Counted from the first letter of the stretch, positions 1 through 9,422 are shown. The stretch: DNA of 64,000 nucleotides from a virus (IMGVR_UViG_3300012347_000469:1-64000); one strand, 5' to 3'. The notes: a model not told the origin generated them from the letters alone. Translations and numbers: made by a program.

Positions 1-1
1 A

Positions 2-310
2 TCAGCATTTATCATTACGGAAGACTTAGTTCCATATATTGAAGAACAATTACAATTTATGGAATCAAACAGAGAGCCAACTTCAGGATCGTATATTCCG
101 TTTAATGGGTTTCATGATCACGAAATTTATAAATTAAAAAGAATATACAATATGGTAATCGATGAGCTACGTAACCCTGCAAATAAGTTGTTACTTCAAC
201 GAAAAGACTTTATTACGTTTGTTGACGAGCACGATCGTCGACGCAATACTAGTTTTTTAAAAACATTTCCAGAGTTAGCTAATATGTATAATAGTTGGAA
301 ATCATTGTAA
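2..310 (+). CDS. 5'-truncated protein, possibly the C-terminus of a phage radical-SAM protein
   Basis: Frame is open from base 2 (SAFIITEDLVPYIEEQLQF precedes the track's M at 59). The ending FVDEHDRRRNTSFLKTFPEL resembles C-termini I recall from large-phage radical-SAM proteins, but the CxxxCxxC motif is not in the window. Overlaps the convergent gene by 9 bp. Confidence 0.4.
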   Translation, partial: SAFIITEDLVPYIEEQLQFMESNREPTSGSYIPFNGFHDHEIYKLKRIYNMVIDELRNPANKLLLQRKDFITFVDEHDRRRNTSFLKTFPELANMYNSWKSL

Positions 311-1666
311 CTTTTGTATCATCCATTGATCATATAGCCACTTAAAATCATTTATTTTTTTTAACATATCGCTATTATTTTTATGCAATTCGCCGAACTG
401 CTTACCGCTTATAGCACCGGCAATTGCATATTTTCCGTATACAGTATCTTCCCCTGTTGTACACCAAGTATTTAATCTATGCTCAGTTTCGGCTGATACT
501 TGACCGTTAATAATTTTGCTACTTAATTTAACGCATTCACGAAATGCCGAGCGCCAAGTACTATATGGATCAGTATTAAATGCTGTTACATTTGACAACA
601 CTGGCATTGCTTTAAATTTAGAACTAATCGAAGTAGTCATATCTGTAGAATTAACATCCATTGACAATGTTAGCTTTCTTGGTAATAGTTTTACTCCGCC
701 ATACCCATAAGTTAATTGATTGATAGGGTTAACACTTTCCCATACATGCACTATATCAGTTTCATGTAGTGCAGGTACGTAACTAAAATCAAAATTGTCA
801 ACTAGCTGCGCATCGCCATCAATTACCCAAAACATATCAGTATCACATAGTTTTGCTGCTTCAATATGTGCATTATGAATGCCTGTTACCTTGTCAACAC
901 GAAGCGTACCTGGAAATTTTGACAAAATTGCAATAAAGTTCTCTTCAGCATTTGGCTCATTATAACTAATAAACACACGATCGTACGGTTTAGCCCTTGA
1001 TAACAGCTTATCATGATATTCTGCATCTAATAAAAACTTATGATTATATTCTCTCTCACTAATTATCTTTGTCTTTGAAAATAGCACAACATCAGTTGTA
1101 TGCAACTCAACACTGCCGTGCAGAGATTTAAAAACATGATTGCTAAATCGATTGCAGGCTGATTCTATATTGAAATAATCTGTAAAAATTGAATTATCTA
1201 AGATCTCAACGTCATTCCAGATAATCCAAAACATAGATCCGGCGGAGTTTTTGCACGTATTTAAATATTCCGAATATGTTAAATTTGCATATGTGTTAAA
1301 TGGTAATAGAGTAGATGCACTTATATCCACTAACTTAATGTTAGAAAACTGAAAATTGTCAAATTCTTCTTGAGAAATCTTGCTCGATCGTGGAAATAAG
1401 CATATACCTGGAAAATAGTTACCTGCTCGAAACATGTGAATGTACATATCGTCCCACTTTGTTGCAGAATATTCAGTTAAATCAAACGATTCATTAATTG
1501 CAAATTCATCCCAAATTATCCAAAATAATTTAGTAAACGATAAGGCTTTAATTTGGTCAAATGATTTGACATTTTCTACTTTTTGAGCAGTTGGGTACTT
1601 TGTTTTGAAACTATTCCATTTAAGATCAATTATTTCTCCTCGAGATGCATAAAATATATCATACAT
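302..1666 (-). CDS. GT-A fold glycosyltransferase-like protein (454 aa) with degenerate N-terminal module repeats
   Basis: C-terminal domain YDRVFISYNEPNAEENF...GIHNAHIEAAKLCDTDMFWVIDGDA carries a DxD motif; paralogous to 1659-2567. Confidence 0.7.
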   Translation of the reverse strand: MYDIFYASRGEIIDLKWNSFKTKYPTAQKVENVKSFDQIKALSFTKLFWIIWDEFAINESFDLTEYSATKWDDMYIHMFRAGNYFPGICLFPRSSKISQEEFDNFQFSNIKLVDISASTLLPFNTYANLTYSEYLNTCKNSAGSMFWIIWNDVEILDNSIFTDYFNIESACNRFSNHVFKSLHGSVELHTTDVVLFSKTKIISEREYNHKFLLDAEYHDKLLSRAKPYDRVFISYNEPNAEENFIAILSKFPGTLRVDKVTGIHNAHIEAAKLCDTDMFWVIDGDAQLVDNFDFSYVPALHETDIVHVWESVNPINQLTYGYGGVKLLPRKLTLSMDVNSTDMTTSISSKFKAMPVLSNVTAFNTDPYSTWRSAFRECVKLSSKIINGQVSAETEHRLNTWCTTGEDTVYGKYAIAGAISGKQFGELHKNNSDMLKKINDFKWLYDQWMIQKLQ

Positions 1667-2567
1667 CTGGAGTTATTTTATAGTAAGTATTATTCATTTT
1701 GATTGTTTCTGCATATAAATCTAACACATATTTACTATGTGTCGAATCTAAGTATGTCCAATCAATACCCAATTTAAGTTTAAGTATAGAACCCAATTCG
1801 TTAATTTTTTCAATTAATAACGGTTCGTTATTTTCCAAATGCTCTATTGTAGAACTGTAAAGAGATTCTAAGTATTCAAAATCTCTTACTTGTGTATAAT
1901 CCCAATCTGTGCAATTAGTCATATATGTACCTAGTCTTGCTCCATAAATTGCAAAAAGTCCATTGTGCTCATGTGTACCTACTGTAGACCACATCCGCAA
2001 TCTATGTAAATTATGCCACCAAATTTTTTCTTTAATTTCAGTAGGATCTACCCTAACTCCGTCTAATAGTGTCATTTTGACACCTTCTCTAAATCCTGCA
2101 CGCCATGCTTGTCTAGGGGAACCGGTAATTACTACATCGCTAAAGCATGTTTTAAACTGATAATATCCGTCTTCCCAACAAAAGTCGACTTGTGCTCTAT
2201 CACTATCGCTTGCTTCGTGAGTTTTCATATTTAAGATAAAATCTTTCCTCCAAATCTTTAAGCCGCCATTGCCGTACTGAAGTCCGTTTATTTTATTATT
2301 TCCTAGCCAGCTGTATACTTGTATTTTTGGATTAGTAGTATCGATGTCTAAATTAAAAAATGACGGATATACGATATTATCAGCATCAACAGTTATTAAC
2401 CATTCAGTTTCTGATAAATTCGCAGCTGCTTTATGTGCAGCATCGCTACCCTTAACTCCGTGTACTCGTTTTGCCCAAGGCACTTTATTGCACAAGTCAG
2501 CATAATGCAATTCTGCATTAGGTTCATCGTAGCTTAGAAAAATAATATCAAGTTCTGCTATTTTCAT
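1659..2567 (-). CDS. GT-A fold glycosyltransferase-like protein (302 aa)
   Basis: LDIIFLSYDEPNAE...GVKGSDAAHKAAANLSETEWLITVDADN: GT-A N-terminal strand plus DxD motif; clear paralog of the C-terminal domain of 302-1666. Confidence 0.75.
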   Translation of the reverse strand: MKIAELDIIFLSYDEPNAELHYADLCNKVPWAKRVHGVKGSDAAHKAAANLSETEWLITVDADNIVYPSFFNLDIDTTNPKIQVYSWLGNNKINGLQYGNGGLKIWRKDFILNMKTHEASDSDRAQVDFCWEDGYYQFKTCFSDVVITGSPRQAWRAGFREGVKMTLLDGVRVDPTEIKEKIWWHNLHRLRMWSTVGTHEHNGLFAIYGARLGTYMTNCTDWDYTQVRDFEYLESLYSSTIEHLENNEPLLIEKINELGSILKLKLGIDWTYLDSTHSKYVLDLYAETIKMNNTYYKITPDV

Positions 2568-3136
2568 TTTTTTTCAATTAAATATTTTTTAAAGATTTTA
2601 GATGTAAACATACTAAATGTATCATCGTAATAATTATATCGTACATACTTAGTTGCTTCTAGTAAGTCACTCAGTGGGAATTTGATTAACTGGTAAATTT
2701 TGTGTGGATCGTTATACGAGCAAACAATAAAAGATAATTCTATATTATTCCCTAGTTGAAGTACATTATTTTTTAATCGATCTGCAAGATTAAAAGCAAT
2801 ATATCTACTGTTGGAATCGTAGTGTATAATAACATCAGGGTCGACAATATCGGCATACTTAATATCCGCTATTCTTTGTAGTGGATCATACGATTTTTTT
2901 GCAGATGTCGGCTGAATAATTGTTACTGTTTTGTCAATCAAGTCAACAAAACAAGCAGTTAACGATAGCTTACTTTGTAACAGTAAGTCTGCTAGTTCAT
3001 CGTCAATTTTTACTTTGTAAACAATATCGATTGCTGCATGGTCTGGATATACTCCGGTTACTTGCCCAGTAAATTCATTATATATTGCATAAAATTCTAT
3101 TTTAGGAATTAGTGTAGACATAATTGTTATTTCCAT
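2564..3136 (-). CDS. hypothetical protein (190 aa) within the glycosyltransferase operon
   Basis: Overlaps both neighbours (ATGA overlap at 2564-2567); no recognisable motif. Confidence 0.6.
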   Translation of the reverse strand: MEITIMSTLIPKIEFYAIYNEFTGQVTGVYPDHAAIDIVYKVKIDDELADLLLQSKLSLTACFVDLIDKTVTIIQPTSAKKSYDPLQRIADIKYADIVDPDVIIHYDSNSRYIAFNLADRLKNNVLQLGNNIELSFIVCSYNDPHKIYQLIKFPLSDLLEATKYVRYNYYDDTFSMFTSKIFKKYLIEKK

Positions 3137-3963
3137 GCAATATTTTCTAAAATACTTATAACTTCGTCAGTTATTGTATTTTTTTCAACATAATGTACTA
3201 TTCCAGTTTGTTGATAGTTGCCAATTTTCATTTGTCCACTTAAGTCAAAAAATAATTTAACATAGTCAGTTACTAGATCTGCAGGCCATGGCCAATTTTG
3301 AAGCATTGGTTTTAAATGGATTACTTTCAAAAAATCAGCATTATACGTAATATTCTGCAGATCTAAAATTTTAGCAGCCAAACTAAATGCTTCGTCAGTT
3401 CCTACTATCTTAGGTACACAATTTGACAAAAATGTATTCTTAAATTCTATTGGATTTTTTACAATGTATCGATTTAATGTAAAAAACTCGTTGCATACTG
3501 CAGAATCTTTTTTAAAAAATGTATACAATGAATATAAATTTGGTAAATCGTTTGCTGTAAATGTTTTTCTGTAATAATCCGAAACAACTGCTTCTCCTCT
3601 ATATGTATATACCGTCGATGGTAAGAATAGTTGTGTGTCAGTTTCTATAAAATGTTCAATACAATGACTATGATCTCTGAAAAATAACATATCTACATCT
3701 AAACACACTGTATAATCCCATGGAGATAGTTGATCCATCCAGCTACGACCGTCCCAGAATGTCTCTTCACTCCATTCGATTATATGATCAAATACCCACG
3801 GCGATGTTAATTCATTGACTGCATCAACATTATTTGTAACTAATGCGACTTTATCATACCCTGGTTTTTGTGTATTTTTAATGCTTAACGCAAGTGCATA
3901 AGCTAGTTTCAAATAATTTGTATCCGGATGCTCGGAAATTATTAACAAGTACCCAAAATTCAT
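3127..3963 (-). CDS. GT8-like glycosyltransferase (278 aa)
   Basis: YLKLAYALALSIKNTQ...VALVT...SPWDYTVCLDVDMLF...GTDEAFSLA: GT-A layout with DxD motif. Confidence 0.7.
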   Translation of the reverse strand: MNFGYLLIISEHPDTNYLKLAYALALSIKNTQKPGYDKVALVTNNVDAVNELTSPWVFDHIIEWSEETFWDGRSWMDQLSPWDYTVCLDVDMLFFRDHSHCIEHFIETDTQLFLPSTVYTYRGEAVVSDYYRKTFTANDLPNLYSLYTFFKKDSAVCNEFFTLNRYIVKNPIEFKNTFLSNCVPKIVGTDEAFSLAAKILDLQNITYNADFLKVIHLKPMLQNWPWPADLVTDYVKLFFDLSGQMKIGNYQQTGIVHYVEKNTITDEVISILENIAWK

Positions 3964-4817
3964 ATTAATCCTAAAAATGTATCGGCATGTCGTATAATAG
4001 ATTGTTTATTCATTATGTGAATATCTCTATCATATATGTTGGAAAGCACAGTTGTGGCACGAGCATTATCATTAATTAATAATTTAACTCCCGATTCAGA
4101 TACTGAATAGATATTATCTTTATCAGACGAAGTTAAAACTAATGGTAAATTATTAAATTTATCAATTTCGTATCCATTTAGTATATGTTTTGCTATTCCA
4201 AATGCAATATCATTTCGAAAAATAGTAGGATTAAACTTAAAAATTTCCGAATACGTATGATAATTTTGTTTTATGAACGATACTAAATCAAAAAATAATT
4301 TACTTTCTTTATTTTTTGTAAACATAACAGTTGTTGCCCAATACATAGGAACTCCTTCGTCAACTACCCATTGATCTAAGATGCCTCCGCGATCCCCGGC
4401 GATACTAATCATTCCAGGAGATATCATTATATTCGAACTACAATTCCAGTAATTTGATAATACGTCTGTAAAAATCAAATAATCACTGTCTATAAGCAAT
4501 GTTCGATCATACGGTGTTACTGCCCATGCATCAGATCGGCTAGAATTAACAAAGGGAACTATTTTTGATTCGACTCCGTCATGCAATCTTCTGTGATTAG
4601 ACGTTACTGGAGGTGCAATTTCTATTATTTTATCAAATACTGACAGTGCTGTTTGATATTTTCCCGATTGCTTTAACCATGTTATCGTAGGAAGATCAGT
4701 AACTAACGATACCGGAACTTGCAAATGTTTCTTTGCTAATCCTCCTGCAATAATTGACATTAGTGCATAGTCTAAATCTTTACTATTATGCGCAAAAATA
4801 ATTATGCCAGTATTCAT
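3960..4817 (-). CDS. GT8-like glycosyltransferase (285 aa)
   Basis: GIIIFAHN...VPVSLVTD...TPYDRTLLIDSDYL...FRNDIAFGIA; DxD motif; paralog of 3127-3963. Confidence 0.7.
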   Translation of the reverse strand: MNTGIIIFAHNSKDLDYALMSIIAGGLAKKHLQVPVSLVTDLPTITWLKQSGKYQTALSVFDKIIEIAPPVTSNHRRLHDGVESKIVPFVNSSRSDAWAVTPYDRTLLIDSDYLIFTDVLSNYWNCSSNIMISPGMISIAGDRGGILDQWVVDEGVPMYWATTVMFTKNKESKLFFDLVSFIKQNYHTYSEIFKFNPTIFRNDIAFGIAKHILNGYEIDKFNNLPLVLTSSDKDNIYSVSESGVKLLINDNARATTVLSNIYDRDIHIMNKQSIIRHADTFLGLI

Positions 4818-5164
4818 AAATCTACCAATTTCTCAATTGTTCGACTTTTTTTAATTTTTTCATATTCGTGAAAATACTCAGCTGTAGCAGAGAAATATAA
4901 ATCTAAAATATCATCGCTAAACTTTTGTAAATCAGATATTAAAATAGGATTGTTATTGGAATCGATTAACGGAACATTACTAGATCGATTTTTATCCAAC
5001 ATCAATTGAACAAATGTAATTAATGATTGATCTATTTTAAAAATTCCGCCGGATGCACCGTATGTAAGTTTTAAGTCTAATTTTTCTTTAATTATTCGTC
5101 TCTGCAAGTTAAGAGTTTGCGAATAATTAGAAAAATCTAATGCTTTTTTTAAAATATCGTCCAT
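4814..5164 (-). CDS. hypothetical protein (116 aa), first gene of the glycosyltransferase operon
   Basis: GGAG RBS at 5170-5173, 5 nt before the ATG; ATGA overlap with the next gene. Confidence 0.65.
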   Translation of the reverse strand: MDDILKKALDFSNYSQTLNLQRRIIKEKLDLKLTYGASGGIFKIDQSLITFVQLMLDKNRSSNVPLIDSNNNPILISDLQKFSDDILDLYFSATAEYFHEYEKIKKSRTIEKLVDL

Positions 5165-5170
5165 TATTTC

Positions 5171-5215
5171 TCCAAATTAAGTATGCAGTTTATTTATTCT
5201 GCATACAAGTTTGGA
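5171..5215 (-). promoter_or_regulatory. hairpin containing a late promoter (AATAAATA, 5198-5191) in its loop; outer stem pairs with the RBS
   Basis: gtatgcag (5181-5188) / ctgcatac (5199-5206) plus tccaaa (5171-5176) / tttgga (5210-5215), read directly from the sequence. Confidence 0.7.
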
Positions 5216-5220
5216 AAAAA

Positions 5221-6195
5221 TTATGAACCGATAATTGCTCCGAACGAATAAGTAGGGCGTACTATGCTGAATGCACTTGACGGAACAGATACTCCAGGTG
5301 GTACAAGTATCGTACCAGTTGCTCGTTTTTCAGTTACTGAAATTGTAAATACTCCATCGACTGCATCTCCGGGTGCCGGGGATCCAGGATCATTATAGCC
5401 ATCTACAAATCTAATTCGGATAGTAACTATCCTTGCATTGCCTTGAGTTATATTATTAACATCGCACTTAGCTTCTAATATGTAAGTGTTCGATGCGTAA
5501 GGTGAAGAACTTGATAACGTATAAAAAGTTTGATACGAAGTGGTCATATTATAAAAATCTGGGCCAGTTAGTTGTGTACCAATATAGCCTGGAGGATAAT
5601 AGTAATACTGACCTTTAAATGCAGCAGTGCCTGCAGAATTAAGTAAATTTGTCCATGCAGTGTTCTGTGAATTATTTAAAGTTGTAGCAGATCGAGTACT
5701 TTGGACTCGAATTTCTCCGCCACTATTAAAAAAATATCTAGCATCGTTTGCTGTAGGAAATGTTACGGTAAGTTCGCAATTAATTTCAGTTCTCCACGAA
5801 GCACCACCGCTCCATGTCCTAGACTGCTGTATTAATACTCCATTAGAATCAGTAGTAGTGGTAAGAAAATACCCGTTTGATACTAAAAATCTATTAACTG
5901 ATGCTACCCCGACTCGATCTTCGTAAGTTGATGTACTTGCTGCAGAAACTAGTTGATGCTCATTAATATCAGTAATTGTGCCTGCAGACCCACTTTGATG
6001 TGTTAGTGCATTTACTAAATCGTACTTTAATAAATCCCAATCAGATTGACTTACTAAGTCAGTAATAGATTTAGCAGGACTGAATGCAAGTTGCCCGTAG
6101 CCGTATGATCCCGACCCTGTACCCATTATTGAGGTTACTAAATTTCTAATTGCAGAATAATTCCCCAATGTCACTAAATTGCCTAGAGCTGCCAT
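5221..6195 (-). CDS. putative virion structural protein (324 aa), YFFNSGG family
   Basis: Ser/Thr/Gly-rich and beta-rich; TVTFPTANDARYFFNSGGEIR shared with 6206-7102; lies in the tail module. Confidence 0.6.
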   Translation of the reverse strand: MAALGNLVTLGNYSAIRNLVTSIMGTGSGSYGYGQLAFSPAKSITDLVSQSDWDLLKYDLVNALTHQSGSAGTITDINEHQLVSAASTSTYEDRVGVASVNRFLVSNGYFLTTTTDSNGVLIQQSRTWSGGASWRTEINCELTVTFPTANDARYFFNSGGEIRVQSTRSATTLNNSQNTAWTNLLNSAGTAAFKGQYYYYPPGYIGTQLTGPDFYNMTTSYQTFYTLSSSSPYASNTYILEAKCDVNNITQGNARIVTIRIRFVDGYNDPGSPAPGDAVDGVFTISVTEKRATGTILVPPGVSVPSSAFSIVRPTYSFGAIIGS

Positions 6196-6205
6196 TGATT
6201 ATCCT

Positions 6206-7102
6206 TTATGTACCCGATATTGCAGTTGCCGTGCAGATCGGACTTGGTATAAAAAATGGATTGTTGCCACTTGGTAACATCACTCCTGCTGCTCTAACTT
6301 CGTTTATTACTAAATCAAGAGTACCGTTTATCACATCGTTTACATTAGAGTACAAGTCAGTCCAAGCAACAGTAAATGATAAAATGGTTGCTCCACCAGA
6401 AGTGTTATCTGCAACATTTGATTTCATAGTAATCCTATATGATGCACCGCTATATACTCCACTAAGCGATGCTGAGACTAACAACTTATCTGTTGTGTTG
6501 GATGAATAGAAATTAACAGCCGGCGACGGTGAATACCCGCCAAAATCAACAGATCCTACAGAATTTAACAATGAAGACCATGCAGTATTCTGTGGAGAAT
6601 TACTACCTCCCGATCGAGTACTTGTAAATCTAATTTTACCGCCACTATTAAAAAAATATCTAGCCGCATCAGCCGATGCAAATGTTACAGTAACTGTCGA
6701 TGTTAAGCTCGAAGTCCAACTTAAAATTCTAGGTGGAGCATATGTGCCCACAACTACAACGTATTGTCCTAACCCTATATTAAATTTATTTATAAGTGCT
6801 GTATCAGCCAAAGAATTATATAATGTATTTGGGACACTTGCTCCATATTTAATAGTTTCGCCTTTAATTACTTGATAAATGGTAGGAGCCGTAGCGGTTT
6901 GATGTGCTAATGCATTGTAAATATCGTATCGTAAGTTCCCCCATTGCTCAGTAGTAATAGTTTCTCCGGCTGCAACAGGTGAGCTCACGATAGAAGCCAT
7001 TTGCCCATATCCAGTTTGTCCACTGCCTGCTCCTAAGATGTTAATAATTTTATTTCGGATCGTGTTATAATCGACACTCGAGATATTTAAACCGACGCCC
7101 AT
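6206..7102 (-). CDS. putative virion structural protein (298 aa), YFFNSGG family
   Basis: TVTFASADAARYFFNSGGKIR and N-terminal ILGAGSGQTGYGQ parallel the 324-aa neighbour. Confidence 0.6.
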   Translation of the reverse strand: MGVGLNISSVDYNTIRNKIINILGAGSGQTGYGQMASIVSSPVAAGETITTEQWGNLRYDIYNALAHQTATAPTIYQVIKGETIKYGASVPNTLYNSLADTALINKFNIGLGQYVVVVGTYAPPRILSWTSSLTSTVTVTFASADAARYFFNSGGKIRFTSTRSGGSNSPQNTAWSSLLNSVGSVDFGGYSPSPAVNFYSSNTTDKLLVSASLSGVYSGASYRITMKSNVADNTSGGATILSFTVAWTDLYSNVNDVINGTLDLVINEVRAAGVMLPSGNNPFFIPSPICTATAISGT

Positions 7103-7111
7103 ATATAATCC

Positions 7112-8902
7112 TTATAAAACTAATGCTTCGACTAATTTAACTGCATCTATATCAATCGACTCTAATGCAATTGCAAAAACATCGTTTGAATGAGAATCAG
7201 CAGCCATTGCACAACCATTGTTTGCAGCGACTAGTTTGTCTCCTTTTTTAACTTTGCCCATTACTTTTACAGGAACTCGACCTTTTAGAGCAATGTATGT
7301 TCCGTCTTGAAGATCAGCATTCATCATTACTGCAGGGCTTCCTGATACAACACCTATAGCAAATTGTCCCAAACTACATGCAGTTACTTCTTTTTCGCCA
7401 CCGATAACAACTACTGTTCCTACTTCATAATCGGCGTCGGCTAAATATTTCTCTGCAAGGTCTGCATATTGCGCAGCAGTTGCTGTTCCTCTAAAAATAT
7501 TAGCAGTAATATCTCCAAGACTGTCTCTAGCAGCAATCGTATTTGCATCTTTAAGCAAAGAAGTTGATTGATATACTGCACCTACTAATAACTTGTCTGC
7601 GTTGTCTGCAATCCCTGTAAACCGTGTAGCTACTAAATTTCCAGCTGCAGTTCGCAATGCTACTGTTGATGCAGTAGCCGATGCTGACGGATAATTGCCT
7701 GCTATAGTTGAAGCATTGTCAGCTGTACCTATTAAACTACCAGTTAGAATCCCGTTAAAAATACCAGAAAATGTTCCGTTAAATGATGCGTCAGTTGCAT
7801 TAAATCTAACAGTGTTATTATTATCTACAACATTTCCTTTGAATATGCCTGTAAATGTATTTGTATCTACATTATATGCAAATACTGAATTACTAGACTT
7901 AAGGCTTCCTATAAATGCGTCAGCCCATACATTTGACCACTTACTAGTCTGGGTTCCTAATTCAAACGAGCTAGATGATCCCGGGTATACCGCAGTCCTT
8001 GATGCAATTAGCGGATCACGCTTACCGCTTATCTGGTCTGTTCGTAATCGCAGTGTAATAGTGTTGTTTACATCTGTGTAATTTTGATTTTCAAGAATAG
8101 GTTTATCGCCACCTTCAATCCATACTTTTAAATCTTGCGATTGCCCTATTGTTATACCTTCGTCACCGTACGTATTAATTTGAGATCGCAGGACAAAATT
8201 TGTATAATCAAGAACTGCACCAGCAGGTCCTATTAATCCAGATGCAGAACTAGCAGTTCCCCAGAAATAATAATCATCCCTTGAAGCACCGGTGCTAGCA
8301 GTTTTAATTAAGGTAAATCCTTTTTTAATTGTAATACCTGCATAGTCTGGCAAGTCTTCTTGTGCAATAGAGGCTGAAGAAATAATAAATGTGTCATCGC
8401 TAATAATTGCAACCGCTTTATTATTAACATTAACTTTTAAAATATTATGATTAGTTCCAAGATTATCTTTAACAATTACAGGAATTACTGCAGTAGATGT
8501 TAAATTAGGGGAATTTTCTGGGCCTACTAGAATAAATTCGTTACCCGACCACACCGATACTTGGTTTGTCGACGGGTCAAACCATAAATCGCCTGCAGTA
8601 AGTCCCGCTGGTGCAGAGTTCTGTACAGCAGTTCCGGTTGCAGCTTTCCATTGTGTACCGTCAAATACTTTTAATTTTTTAACAGTTGCCGAATTGTCGA
8701 ACCACAGTTGACCGGTAATTGCTTTAGGCGGAGCACTCGAATTAGCAAAATTTTCTAAAAGGTGTAAAAAGTTTTCATTTTGTACTTCGCCGTATCCTGC
8801 ATAATTTTTACCAATAAGTCGTAAATCTGTAGTAGTATCTATAGTACCGTCTGCAACATTTACTAGAAAAGTTCCGTTAAATTTATCTACTTTGTATGTC
8901 AT
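7112..8902 (-). CDS. tail/baseplate fibre (596 aa) with a C-terminal peptidase-G2-like intramolecular chaperone
   Basis: Shared N-terminal GKNYAGYGEVQNENFLHLLENF domain; C-terminus YADLAEKY...GTVVVIGG...IALKGRVPVKV..KVKKGDKLV. Confidence 0.7.
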   Translation of the reverse strand: MTYKVDKFNGTFLVNVADGTIDTTTDLRLIGKNYAGYGEVQNENFLHLLENFANSSAPPKAITGQLWFDNSATVKKLKVFDGTQWKAATGTAVQNSAPAGLTAGDLWFDPSTNQVSVWSGNEFILVGPENSPNLTSTAVIPVIVKDNLGTNHNILKVNVNNKAVAIISDDTFIISSASIAQEDLPDYAGITIKKGFTLIKTASTGASRDDYYFWGTASSASGLIGPAGAVLDYTNFVLRSQINTYGDEGITIGQSQDLKVWIEGGDKPILENQNYTDVNNTITLRLRTDQISGKRDPLIASRTAVYPGSSSSFELGTQTSKWSNVWADAFIGSLKSSNSVFAYNVDTNTFTGIFKGNVVDNNNTVRFNATDASFNGTFSGIFNGILTGSLIGTADNASTIAGNYPSASATASTVALRTAAGNLVATRFTGIADNADKLLVGAVYQSTSLLKDANTIAARDSLGDITANIFRGTATAAQYADLAEKYLADADYEVGTVVVIGGEKEVTACSLGQFAIGVVSGSPAVMMNADLQDGTYIALKGRVPVKVMGKVKKGDKLVAANNGCAMAADSHSNDVFAIALESIDIDAVKLVEALVL

Positions 8903-8924
8903 TATTATTATTTCCCCAATATTA

Positions 8925-8932
8925 TATTTATT
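8925..8932 (-). promoter_or_regulatory. T4-type late promoter AATAAATA
   Basis: Intergenic, just upstream of the GGGG RBS and ATG at 8902. Confidence 0.55.
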
Positions 8933-8960
8933 ACTTTTAAATTTAACTAACTACTGTATG

Positions 8961-9422
8961 TTAAACTATTTTCTTAGCATACTCGAGATCGTCATCAGCA
9001 ACTGATCGCCATATATATGCATCTGGTGTAGATGAAAATACTTGAACTTTTTCTGCATGTTCTGCTCTTGCAGCCGTGATAAATTCATGCATTGTTGTAA
9101 ATTCTTGAGTTTTTGGAAGCGATGTTGATTCTAATAAATCAATTATAATGCTTAATTGCGAATGTATTGGATACTCTTTTAAAATTTTTAAATTGGTGTT
9201 ATATTTTAATATAGATTCGTGTATAACTGGTTTATCTATTCTAGATTTAATTTCACCAGTGGTGTAATCTCCGTACCAAAATTCATTAGCAGGATCAATT
9301 GAAATTATTTTAGTGTTAAATTGTGTTAAATCTAATGCAGACTCATCAGTATCTGGTGTAATTTCTCCAATTAACACTCCGGTCGTTTTTAAAAATAATA
9401 ACTTTCTTGTTTCTTTTTCCAT
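8961..9422 (-). CDS. hypothetical protein (153 aa), possibly a fibre-associated accessory protein
   Basis: Abuts the oxygenase gene and sits between fibre genes; function inferred from context only. Confidence 0.5.
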   Translation of the reverse strand: MEKETRKLLFLKTTGVLIGEITPDTDESALDLTQFNTKIISIDPANEFWYGDYTTGEIKSRIDKPVIHESILKYNTNLKILKEYPIHSQLSIIIDLLESTSLPKTQEFTTMHEFITAARAEHAEKVQVFSSTPDAYIWRSVADDDLEYAKKIV

